Source: an uncultured Planctomycetales bacterium
GTDB lineage: Bacteria; Omnitrophota; Gorgyraeia; Zapsychrales; JANLHA01
NCBI GenBank assembly: GCA_964595465.1
Contig: CAZQQI010000001.1
Span: 4,952 to 68,951 of the forward strand
Length of the DNA: 64,000 nucleotides
Direction: 5' to 3'
Shown here in pieces: positions 8,703 through 16,586 of this stretch. Position 1 is the first letter of the stretch, and each line of letters opens with the position of its first letter. Under the pieces are notes generated by a model. It ran no database searches. It had not been told where the DNA came from and saw only the letters and a program-made list of their open reading frames with translations. The position numbers and the translations under genes are program-made.

Positions 8703-9211
8703 CCTTTCTTCCGCTTGCGGCCGGACTTCTCCCCTGGTTCTGTGAGAGCCCGGTACAGATCATCCAGCGATTGGGAGATCACCTTGGTCGAACCAACCGA
8801 CGGCATAAAATTGACATCGCCGACCCAGCGGGGGACGATATGCATATGGATATGTTTCGGCACACCGGCCCCGGCCGCCTTGCCCATATTCATTCCGACA
8901 TTATACCCGTCGGGATGAAGAACGCGGTCCAGATCGTTCTGGACGTCATTGAGTAAAGCAAACATCTCTCCGGTCTCGGCCGAGGACAGCTTCCTGAGAT
9001 CCCCGGTATGGCGATAGGGCACGATCAAGGCATGGCCGTTGTTATAAGGATAGAGATTCAGCACGGCATAACAATGTTCCCGGCGAGCGAAAACATAGTT
9101 TTTCTTATCGCTGCGGGACCGCTTCAGACGGCAAAACAGGCATCCTTTTTCCGGCTTGCCCATTTTGGAAAGATATTGTGTGCGCCACGGCGCCCAGATT
9201 CGGTCCATCAT
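8699..9211 (-). CDS. HIT family hydrolase (HinT / Ap4A-hydrolase-like)
   Basis: HIHMHIVPRW histidine triad plus an N-terminal CLFCRL motif. ATGA overlap with the upstream gene. Confidence 0.85.
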   Translation of the reverse strand: MMDRIWAPWRTQYLSKMGKPEKGCLFCRLKRSRSDKKNYVFARREHCYAVLNLYPYNNGHALIVPYRHTGDLRKLSSAETGEMFALLNDVQNDLDRVLHPDGYNVGMNMGKAAGAGVPKHIHMHIVPRWVGDVNFMPSVGSTKVISQSLDDLYRALTEPGEKSGRKRKKG

Positions 9212-9690
9212 GACACCCTCACAATACGCGCGTTGACAGTTTTCCCTTCGACCTCCAACAGGGCGTAGGAACGGTACGGGGCAAAAATATCATCGGTCAA
9301 ACTGCCGGGATTAATATACAAAATCCCGCCCACCCGTTCGGTGCAGGGCTTGTGCGAATGGCCGAAGACCACCACGTCAACGTCTTCACCGGCAAATTCT
9401 TCGACGATGCGCTTCAGCACCATATCCGGTGAGCCTTCTCCATGCATCACGCCGACGCGGATCTCACCGATATCCAAAAAACAGCGTTCAGGAAGTTTTT
9501 TTCGTATAGAACCTTCGTCCATATTCCCGCAAACCGCCTTGACCTCGCCGATCTTTTCAAACGCCTTCAGTGTTTGTGCGTCACAGACATCACCGGCATG
9601 TACGATCATATCGGCCTTTTTAAGAACAGAAACCACCTCGGCGGGAATTTTCCGGGAATGGGTGTCGGAAACAACAGCTATGCGTATCAT
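9208..9690 (-). CDS. YfcE / MJ0936-type metallophosphoesterase
   Basis: DTHS, GDVCD, GNMD, GHSH metal-ligand motifs typical of the calcineurin-like YfcE family. Confidence 0.8.
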   Translation of the reverse strand: MIRIAVVSDTHSRKIPAEVVSVLKKADMIVHAGDVCDAQTLKAFEKIGEVKAVCGNMDEGSIRKKLPERCFLDIGEIRVGVMHGEGSPDMVLKRIVEEFAGEDVDVVVFGHSHKPCTERVGGILYINPGSLTDDIFAPYRSYALLEVEGKTVNARIVRVS

Positions 9691-9707
9691 AAGATCCTTT
9701 TTTTCAG

Positions 9708-11342
9708 CTATGCGACGATCAGCGGCTGATCGTACACATCAAGCAATGTTCTCAATTCTCCTTCATTCCAGATCCACATACGTTCCTGCAGGGCCCGGAC
9801 CCGGGCTTCTTCATCAAGACGCTCAAAAGAGACCAGGATACAGCGCTGAGGCCTCACCTGCCGTTCTTTAACCGCCCCCGAGATCACCGATATATCCTGT
9901 TCACTGACCCTTTTCCTCTTGAGAACGATCAGCCAGGATCCCGCCGCGGTATCCGCTTCAATAATATCCAGACCGCAGCACTGGGACCGATCCAGCGTGC
10001 CCGGACGAATACGGGAAAACAGAGGCAGATGGTAACGCCGGCCGTTGATATGCAGCAGCTCATCCTCAAAACACTGCATCAGATCCATGATCCGAACTGA
10101 GACAGTTTTGTCTGAATTCTGCCGGAAGATTTCGACCGAACGGGCAAATTCCTCACGGAACTGCTCTCTCCGGCGGTCAGGAGACAGATCGATCGCCACT
10201 AAGCGGCGTTTGAACACAAAACTCAGCCAATAGCGGAACAACCGGTCCGGAAGATAATAAAGCTTGCCGTTCTTGGAGACCAGGCCGGCCTGCGCCATCT
10301 TCTTGAGACGGGTAGACAAGGCCCGCTGTTTGACCCCGGCCAGTTCGGCCAGGGTCTTGACCGTATGCCGGCCCCGGCTCAGGATCAGCAAAATGCGGGC
10401 ATTGATCAGATTCCCCCGGCCGGAACAGGTCTGCTCAAGGATCAGATCAAAGTGCCGGCTCAGTGTTCCCCAGGAGTCGAAAATCGTGTTCTCCACAGCG
10501 CGGCTGAGGATCGGCAAAAAGGCCTCTTTCTGATCAAGCGAAGAACAGAGGCTGTGGATTTCGCTGCAGAGCAGCCGCAGATACAGCGGATGCCCGCCGG
10601 TCAGATCGATCAAGAAATCCCTGAGAGACGGGCTTATCTCCACGCCGCCGAGATGATAGGTCATGAAGTCGCAGCAGGTGCGGGTATCAAAAGGCTCGAC
10701 CGCAATCGTTTCAAAATTCCCGAACAGCAGGGACAGCTTCTCCGACAGGATCTTTTTAGCCGCCTCAATCTGAGAACTGGCAAATAAATAATAGCACTGG
10801 CGCTGGGTCATGATCAGCTTGCCCAGCTCCTGAAAGACATCCGGGAAATCCCATTCTTCCAGATAATGAAATTCGTCAAAGGCCAGGACACAGACTAAGC
10901 CGGATTCCCGCGAAAAGACCTGCGGCAAAGCCACGGCCAGCTGATAGGCTGCAAACTCTTTATCCTGACGCAGAAGAGTCTGCATTTTCTGGATGGCCTT
11001 AATAGTTTCGGGCAGTTGCGCTCTGGTCTGCTCGATAAGCAGATTGATATCCTCATAGCGAGGCAGGTCATGACGCCGGGAAAATTCATACAGCAGGCTT
11101 CCGGAAATCTTCAGACAGAAATAACGCAGGTCCTTGTGCTCCAGATCAACATAAACCGGGACGATGGAAGGGTCATCCAGAGTGGATAAAAATTTGCGCA
11201 GGATAATGCTTTTTCCGATATAGCGGTCACCGAGAAGCGCGGCGTTCTGACGGTAGCCGTCTTTAAAATCCAGAACACGTTTTTTCAGCAGGGCCAAAAT
11301 ATCCTTGCGCCCGTAAAACTTCTCAAGATCAATGCACGGCAT
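9708..11342 (-). CDS. ATPase_2 (Arch-ATPase, AAA+) - winged HTH - DUF234-like C-terminal domain protein
   Basis: Walker A GDRYIGKS, Walker B LAFDEFHYL; a central wHTH-like stretch (HTVKTLAELAGVKQRALSTRLKKMAQAGLV); and a C-terminal roughly 100 aa (CCGLDIIEAD...WLIVLKRKR) matching the DUF234 module that follows this ATPase family. SD AAGGTGG. Confidence 0.65.
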   Translation of the reverse strand: MPCIDLEKFYGRKDILALLKKRVLDFKDGYRQNAALLGDRYIGKSIILRKFLSTLDDPSIVPVYVDLEHKDLRYFCLKISGSLLYEFSRRHDLPRYEDINLLIEQTRAQLPETIKAIQKMQTLLRQDKEFAAYQLAVALPQVFSRESGLVCVLAFDEFHYLEEWDFPDVFQELGKLIMTQRQCYYLFASSQIEAAKKILSEKLSLLFGNFETIAVEPFDTRTCCDFMTYHLGGVEISPSLRDFLIDLTGGHPLYLRLLCSEIHSLCSSLDQKEAFLPILSRAVENTIFDSWGTLSRHFDLILEQTCSGRGNLINARILLILSRGRHTVKTLAELAGVKQRALSTRLKKMAQAGLVSKNGKLYYLPDRLFRYWLSFVFKRRLVAIDLSPDRRREQFREEFARSVEIFRQNSDKTVSVRIMDLMQCFEDELLHINGRRYHLPLFSRIRPGTLDRSQCCGLDIIEADTAAGSWLIVLKRKRVSEQDISVISGAVKERQVRPQRCILVSFERLDEEARVRALQERMWIWNEGELRTLLDVYDQPLIVA

Positions 11343-11356
11343 GGTACCACCTTAAT

Positions 11357-12022
11357 CTATTTCGAAAGATAAAACAGCGGGTTGTCAGCTACGCCGTCTT
11401 TGCGAATCTCAAAATACAAACACGGGTTTGAAGAATCCGGCATGATCCCGATCTGCTCGCCTCTGCGCACCCGCTCTCCGACCCTCTTCAGCAAAGCCCC
11501 GTTACGGGCGTATACCGACGACAGACCGTCCTGATGATCAATGATCACCGTCGATCCATAGCCCGGGAGATGGTCCGCGAAAACGACCTTACCGGGACGT
11601 GCCGCCTGAACCGCGGCGCTTTTCTCCAGGCGGATCTGTATGCCCTTATTCAGATACGAATCCGCGGGATGACCAAAATACGCCACCACCTTCCCCGCGG
11701 CCGGCCAGACAAATTCTCCAGCTCCCGGACCGTCTTCCAGCGGCATCACGTCAAGCTCGATCACCTCGTCTGCCCCCGGGATGAGCAGACGCTGCCCTTC
11801 TTTGATCAGCGAAGCGTCTTCAATAGCATTGGCCCGGATGATCTCATCCAAAGGGACTCCATAAACCCGGGAGATACGCCACAGAGTCTGATCGCTGCCC
11901 ACCTCATGATAAACTCCGCTCCGGTCGAAGCCCCATCCCCCGTCTCCCGGAGGATGCCCTGCGGTCATACAGCCGGAAACCAGAACAGCCAAAAAAACAG
12001 CGGCCGCCGCCCTGACTAACAT
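11357..12022 (-). CDS. LysM domain / M23 family peptidoglycan endopeptidase lipoprotein
   Basis: Lipoprotein-like signal (LVSGC), LysM (DQTLWRISRVYGVPLDEIIRANAI), M23 core (HQDGLSSVYARNGALLKRVGERVRRGEQIG). ATG at 12022 is 18 nt after tRNA-Gly; the longer ORF upstream is a tRNA read-through artefact. Confidence 0.85.
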   Translation of the reverse strand: MLVRAAAAVFLAVLVSGCMTAGHPPGDGGWGFDRSGVYHEVGSDQTLWRISRVYGVPLDEIIRANAIEDASLIKEGQRLLIPGADEVIELDVMPLEDGPGAGEFVWPAAGKVVAYFGHPADSYLNKGIQIRLEKSAAVQAARPGKVVFADHLPGYGSTVIIDHQDGLSSVYARNGALLKRVGERVRRGEQIGIMPDSSNPCLYFEIRKDGVADNPLFYLSK

Positions 12023-12040
12023 CTTCACCCGAAAAAAACC

Positions 12041-12114
12041 TGGAGCGAGGGACGGGAATCGAACCCGCGTGGCCAGCTTGGGAAGCTGGAATTCTACCAC
12101 TGAATTACCCTCGC
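12041..12114 (-). tRNA. tRNA-Gly (anticodon CCC), CCA encoded
   Basis: Folded by hand: acceptor GCGAGGG/CCCTCGC, D stem ATTC/GAAT, anticodon stem CCAGC/GCTGG with loop UUCCCAA, T loop TTCGATT, discriminator U, then CCA. Confidence 0.85.
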
Positions 12115-12148
12115 GCAAATTATATTCTTCAAAACACGGCAATGGAAC

Positions 12149-12799
12149 TCACGTTGTTGCTTGCGTATTATCCAAAATCGTTATCAGCTGTTTGACCGCC
12201 GCCGGGACGTCTTCAGCCAAACAGACCGCCCGTGTCACCGCGGCCCGCCGGGCTCCCGCCTGCAGAAGGCATGCCGCATTTTCCTCCGTAATACCGCCGA
12301 TCGGGAAAACCGGAATACGGACTGCAGCCAAAACATCATTCAGCAGCGACAGGTCCATAGGACGCCGCCCGGGTTTCGTCAAGGTCTTGAAGACCGACCC
12401 GAAACCGATATAATCCGCCCCGCCGGCTTCAGCGGCTTGGGCCTGGTCCATCGTCTGACAGGAGACACCGACCAGCGCGCTGTCCCCCATGATCTCCCTG
12501 GCCTGCGCGATACCGGCATCATCCTGTCCGACGTGAACACCGTCGGCACGGCAGACACGGGCAAGACAAGGATCATCATTCACAATATACAACGCTCTGT
12601 CCCGGACCAGTGGGAGTATTTTTTCAGAGAACGTCAGGACATCTTCACCAGAAACGTCTTTCGCCCGGATCTGAACAATATCCGCCCCGGCGCCGACAGC
12701 CTGATCCGCGACAGAAAGCAGACGATCCCAATCTGCAACAGCGGCGTCCAGCACAATATATAACCGCGCCCGGGCTAGCCGGGCTCTTTTATTGTCCAT
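12149..12799 (-). CDS. thiE: thiamine-phosphate synthase
   Basis: 216 aa; YIVLD...IVQIRAKD...GADYIGFGSVFKTLTKPG...PVFPIGGI, the ThiE TIM-barrel signature. Confidence 0.85.
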   Translation of the reverse strand: MDNKRARLARARLYIVLDAAVADWDRLLSVADQAVGAGADIVQIRAKDVSGEDVLTFSEKILPLVRDRALYIVNDDPCLARVCRADGVHVGQDDAGIAQAREIMGDSALVGVSCQTMDQAQAAEAGGADYIGFGSVFKTLTKPGRRPMDLSLLNDVLAAVRIPVFPIGGITEENAACLLQAGARRAAVTRAVCLAEDVPAAVKQLITILDNTQATT

Positions 12800-12834
12800 A
12801 CAGGATGTTCAATTATATCAAAAATATATTAATA

Positions 12835-13257
12835 TCAAAATGAAAACTTTTTACTATACGACTGTTCCAGCCGATAGACCTTATAGCGGATCTTTTTCAC
12901 ATTCTCCGCAGAATTTTTGTCAAAAATTTTCAGAAACTCTTCCAGAACCCGCAGGGATTCCTTAACCCTCTGCATATTGACCAGCATGATCTGATGAGGA
13001 TCTTTACGGCTTTGCTCTGTGCCCAGCGAGGCCTTTCCCACATCGGTCTGAATACTGCGTGCCTGAAGCAGGTCCTGCCGGTCCAAACATGCAGCCGCCC
13101 GGGTCAGATCATGACGCAGGGCCTTCCACCGTTTCGTCCAGGACCGCTCGTCCAGGATGAACCGGCAGATATCTTCACACACCCGCAGTCCTTCGCGGGC
13201 ACGGTTAAGATTGGCATCCAGCAATCGGTACAGTTGTCTGCGTTCTAGCGCGCGCAT
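12835..13257 (-). CDS. hypothetical protein adjacent to thiE (possible ThiE-associated N-terminal-like domain)
   Basis: 140 aa; the LYRLLDANLNRAREGLRVCEDICRF segment resembles a domain I recall fused N-terminally to some long ThiE proteins. Weak recollection only. Confidence 0.35.
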   Translation of the reverse strand: MRALERRQLYRLLDANLNRAREGLRVCEDICRFILDERSWTKRWKALRHDLTRAAACLDRQDLLQARSIQTDVGKASLGTEQSRKDPHQIMLVNMQRVKESLRVLEEFLKIFDKNSAENVKKIRYKVYRLEQSYSKKFSF

Positions 13258-13733
13258 CGTTTCCTCACCGCGGCGATGATGTTCGTCGTCGAAAGCCCGG
13301 GAAGATAATCCACCAGCTCGACCCGTCCTCCGTGAGCGCGCACAATATCTTCTCCCACAACCGGCCTGCCTTTCCAGTCCGCGCCTTTGATCAAAAGGTC
13401 GGGTCTCACTGCCTTGATGAGTTCGTACGGGGTATCCTGATCAAAGATGACAACATAATCCACACAGGCCAGTGCAGCCAGAACCCCGGCCCTCTCGTTC
13501 TCTTCATTAACCGGACGGTCCGGGCCCTTGATCGCGCGGATGGAACGGTCACTATTGAGCCCGACGATAAGCGCGCGCCGTCCCCGGGCGGCCTTTTCCA
13601 AATAACTGACATGGCCGTAATGCAGAATATCAAAACACCCGTTGGTAAAGGCCACGGGTCTTCCTTCTCGGCGCAAAGCGGCCGCTTTCTTTCTCAGGGT
13701 ATTCCAGGTCACGATCTTTCGCCGGGATGTCAT
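13245..13733 (-). CDS. rfaE2: D-glycero-beta-D-manno-heptose 1-phosphate adenylyltransferase (RfaE domain II / HldE C-terminal type)
   Basis: Cytidylyltransferase fold with GCFDILHYGH (HxGH) and a 162-aa size typical of stand-alone RfaE2. Confidence 0.8.
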   Translation of the reverse strand: MTSRRKIVTWNTLRKKAAALRREGRPVAFTNGCFDILHYGHVSYLEKAARGRRALIVGLNSDRSIRAIKGPDRPVNEENERAGVLAALACVDYVVIFDQDTPYELIKAVRPDLLIKGADWKGRPVVGEDIVRAHGGRVELVDYLPGLSTTNIIAAVRKRCAR

Positions 13734-13784
13734 GGATGTTTTTTCTCGTATTATTCAATTTTGGTGCTGACAACGTGGTGATCC

Positions 13785-13805
13785 CTGGGGCTGGTTTTTC
13801 CCCAG
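13785..13805 (-). promoter_or_regulatory. stem-loop (ctgggg / ccccag, 9-nt loop) between the heptad array and the rfaE2 start
   Basis: Inverted repeat read directly; no U tract after it on the minus strand. Confidence 0.25.
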
Positions 13806-13835
13806 CGCCCTTCACGCCTCACTCGCGCCTTTTTT

Positions 13836-13877
13836 CTATTTACTATTCACCAATCACTATTCGCCATTCGCCATTTA
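13836..13877 (-). repeat. tandem heptad repeat array (6 x YRAATRG on the minus strand: TAAATGG CGAATGG CGAATAG TGATTGG TGAATAG TAAATAG) starting directly after the gmhA stop codon
   Basis: Read directly; period 7. Its first two units are near-identical to the array at 2668..2702. Confidence 0.5.
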
Positions 13878-14453
13878 TCATCCGCCGTCCGCTATTCTCT
13901 CTTCCACCAGTTCGCACAAAATATGGGCGAGGGTCATGTAGGCCTCCTGAATACGGGCGGTCACCTTGGAAGGCATAGTCAGACACATATCACTCAAGGG
14001 CTGGAGCTTCCCTCCGCCTTCACCGGTCAAAGAGATGGTGTACACATCCCTCTGCCGGGCGGCCTCAAAGGCCTTAACCACATTAGGAGAATTTCCGCTG
14101 GTCGATAGTCCCAGCAGGACGTCACCGGGCCGGGCCAGCGCCTCGACCTGACGGCTGAAGACGGTCTCAAAACTGTAGTCATTACTCAGGCAGGTAAGGA
14201 TCGAACTGTCTGTCGTCAGGGCGACCGCCGGCAGGGCGCGCCGCTCCCGCTGAAAACGGCCGATAAATTCTGCCGCGATATGCTGGCTGTCGGCTGCGGA
14301 CCCGCCGTTCCCGCAGATGAATAGGGTCCTGCCATCCTGAAAAGCGGCAGAAACCCGTTCAACCACTCTGGCCAGAGGCTCCTGATTCTGCTCAAGGGCC
14401 TTCTGCTGAACCTCAAGAGCCTGTTTCATGATCTCGGCAATTGTCCGCGGCAT
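13878..14453 (-). CDS. gmhA: phosphoheptose isomerase (SIS domain)
   Basis: GNGGSAADSQHIAAEF...LGLSTSGNSPNVVKA..., matching GmhA along its length. Confidence 0.85.
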   Translation of the reverse strand: MPRTIAEIMKQALEVQQKALEQNQEPLARVVERVSAAFQDGRTLFICGNGGSAADSQHIAAEFIGRFQRERRALPAVALTTDSSILTCLSNDYSFETVFSRQVEALARPGDVLLGLSTSGNSPNVVKAFEAARQRDVYTISLTGEGGGKLQPLSDMCLTMPSKVTARIQEAYMTLAHILCELVEERIADGG

Positions 14454-14464
14454 TTGCTGTCCTC

Positions 14465-15490
14465 CTATGATGAACCGGCAAAAAAGACAGAAGCGACGTT
14501 GTACAGATCCATGTCGATCGCCTTATGCTGTTCCACCGCTTTTTCGATATCGACACACTGAATTTTATTATCCCGCATACTGACCATGCAGCCGAACCGG
14601 CCCTCTTTGATCATTTCCACAGCCTGAATACCGAACATCGTACCCAGAACACGGTCAAACGCTACGGGAGACCCGCCCCGCTGAATATGTCCCAGCACAC
14701 TGACCCGGGTCTCATAGCCGGTTTTATCTTCAATGGTCTGAGCGACGTATTCCCCGACATTGCCGAAACGGTGATGAGGCTGTGTCATCTTCTGAGCGTC
14801 ATAGCCCCGTATCCAGGCGCCCTCGGAAACCACGATGATACTGAAATTTTTTCCCCGGCGATGGCGCGCCTTGAGCTCGGTGCAGACCTTGTCCAGGTCT
14901 GCTTGAATCTCCGGGACCAGGATCATGTCTGCACCTCCGGCAATACCGGATTTCAATGCGATCCAGCCGGTATGCTGTCCCATCACCTCAATAACAATAA
15001 TACGGTGATGGCTTTCCGCCGTGGTATGCAGACGGTCAATACATTCGGTGGCGATGTTGACCGCGGTCTCAAAGCCGAAGGCATAGTCTGTCCCGGAAAG
15101 AGCATTGTCGATAGATTTGGGAACCCCCACGACCTTGATCACACCTTTTTTATGCAGCTGCAGGGCGATCTTAAGGGTCACTTCTCCACCGATGGCGATC
15201 AGAGCATCAATACCGCTGCGCTTATAATTCTCAGCGATCTTTTTGACCTTGGCGGAATCTTTTAGGGGATTCAGGCGGCTGGTTCCCAGAATGGTCCCGC
15301 CGCGGTCCAGAATACCGGATGTGGAACGCGGATCCAGAATGCGCATATCGTTATTAACCAGACCCTGCCAGCCGTTCTTGATCCCGGTCACCACAAACCC
15401 TTCGATCATGGCCTTGCGCACCACAGCACGGATAACCGAGTTCAACCCTGGACAGTCCGCCCCTCCTGTCAGCACTCCGATCTTTTTCAT
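14465..15490 (-). CDS. pfkA: 6-phosphofructokinase (possibly PPi-dependent type)
   Basis: MKKIGVLTGGADCPGLNSVIRAVV...GGEVT...PKSIDNA; the Lys at the position equivalent to E. coli G124 suggests PPi rather than ATP specificity. Tentative. Confidence 0.8.
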   Translation of the reverse strand: MKKIGVLTGGADCPGLNSVIRAVVRKAMIEGFVVTGIKNGWQGLVNNDMRILDPRSTSGILDRGGTILGTSRLNPLKDSAKVKKIAENYKRSGIDALIAIGGEVTLKIALQLHKKGVIKVVGVPKSIDNALSGTDYAFGFETAVNIATECIDRLHTTAESHHRIIVIEVMGQHTGWIALKSGIAGGADMILVPEIQADLDKVCTELKARHRRGKNFSIIVVSEGAWIRGYDAQKMTQPHHRFGNVGEYVAQTIEDKTGYETRVSVLGHIQRGGSPVAFDRVLGTMFGIQAVEMIKEGRFGCMVSMRDNKIQCVDIEKAVEQHKAIDMDLYNVASVFFAGSS

Positions 15491-15619
15491 GATCCTCTCC
15501 CTTTGATCGTGAACGGTCCTGATGACCGGTCCGCAGAATATTCAAACACGGCTCACCCGTTTGACCACCTTTTGGTGGCCCTGCGATTTTATGCGCTGGT
15601 TCCCCGTACGCCGGACCCG

Positions 15620-16231
15620 CTAGGCACGGTATCCCTGAAAAGGAACGTTCGGTTCTTCCGTCTGCGCCTTAGGCGGCTGTTTCGACTGTTTGCCTCGTCC
15701 GTCTGAAGGATTGATCTTAGCGATATCAACGCGCACCACAACGGTTTCTTCGATCCCGATAATATCCTGGATCTTGCGCTTGATCATATGCTGAATGCGG
15801 GAGGTCATTTCGGGAATATTGACGTCTCCGGTCAGGCTCAGCCGGGCGGCCACATCAAGGCCCTTTTTCCCGGCGGTGATCGCCGCGCGCACATCCTTGA
15901 CCTCCGGCTGGCGGGAAACCACCCGGCGGATCAGATCTTCAATCGCGTTAAGCGAAACGCTGACCCGGCCGGAAGGATTATCAAAAGCGATATTGCGTCC
16001 TTTCTCCTCCGAGCTGTAGACCGCTTTGGAAAACAGATAACTGACCGCAACAACTCCAAGCGCCACCCCGGCCAGGACCATACGCGCCTCATAGGATGCA
16101 TTGAGCGCCTCTAAAATCGAGACAATCTCCTGCGGAGTCATCAGATTCAGGGCGACCGCGCCGATCAGACAGGCAAACAACAGCGCCACCACATTATAGA
16201 ACAATACTGCCAAACGTAAGGTTATCTTCAT
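15620..16231 (-). CDS. alkaline-shock-response membrane anchor protein (AmaP-like)
   Basis: N-terminal TM segments and a DUF-like extracytoplasmic region. Gene pairing with an Asp23-family protein immediately downstream. Confidence 0.55.
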   Translation of the reverse strand: MKITLRLAVLFYNVVALLFACLIGAVALNLMTPQEIVSILEALNASYEARMVLAGVALGVVAVSYLFSKAVYSSEEKGRNIAFDNPSGRVSVSLNAIEDLIRRVVSRQPEVKDVRAAITAGKKGLDVAARLSLTGDVNIPEMTSRIQHMIKRKIQDIIGIEETVVVRVDIAKINPSDGRGKQSKQPPKAQTEEPNVPFQGYRA

Positions 16232-16584
16232 TCCTGCCCCCTCTCTATCCCCTGAATATTAATATTGATATCTTTCAGATCAATGTCCACGGTCTGTTCG
16301 ATCGCTTCGCGGACGGCATCCTGGGCGCGGGCCGCTACCTCAGGAATGCTCAGACCGTATTCGATCCAGACAGCAACGTCGACGACGACCTGGCTGCTGG
16401 CATCCACACTGACCGAAACGCCGGGATGCTTGCGGATCCCGAAAAGGCTTAGGCCTTGCGAGAGGACGCTTTTATCCTCTACCTTAATGCCTTTGATATC
16501 CTGCAGGGCATTGGCCGCGATATCCGCTATGACCTTTTTATGGATCTTGATCGATCCGAGATCGACTTTACTGAACTGTGACAT
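16228..16584 (-). CDS. Asp23/Gls24 family (alkaline shock protein) protein
   Basis: 118 aa; DIAANALQDIKGI...SVDASSQVVVDVAVWIEYGLSIPEVAARAQDAVREAIE, typical of Asp23. Confidence 0.8.
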   Translation of the reverse strand: MSQFSKVDLGSIKIHKKVIADIAANALQDIKGIKVEDKSVLSQGLSLFGIRKHPGVSVSVDASSQVVVDVAVWIEYGLSIPEVAARAQDAVREAIEQTVDIDLKDININIQGIERGQE

Positions 16585-16586
16585 GG

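Noticed and set aside
12023-12142. 41-codon N-terminal extension of the M23 peptidase ORF (MPCFEEYNLREGNSVVEFQLPKLATRVRFPSLAPG)
   Set aside because: It is a read-through translation of the tRNA-Gly gene. The real start is the ATG at 12022, with a lipoprotein signal peptide immediately after.
12041-12148. Possible integrative-element boundary at tRNA-Gly (attachment-site hypothesis)
   Set aside because: I saw no integrase, no direct repeat of the tRNA 3' end, and no change in gene orientation or obvious composition shift; thiE sits immediately on the other side. I kept this only as a note inside the operon finding.
15491-15619. 129-nt spacer between amaP and pfkA as a possible sRNA or terminator (ccacc-tttt-ggtgg hairpin)
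   Set aside because: The hairpin has only a 5-bp stem and no U-tract, so the evidence is insufficient to call a feature.
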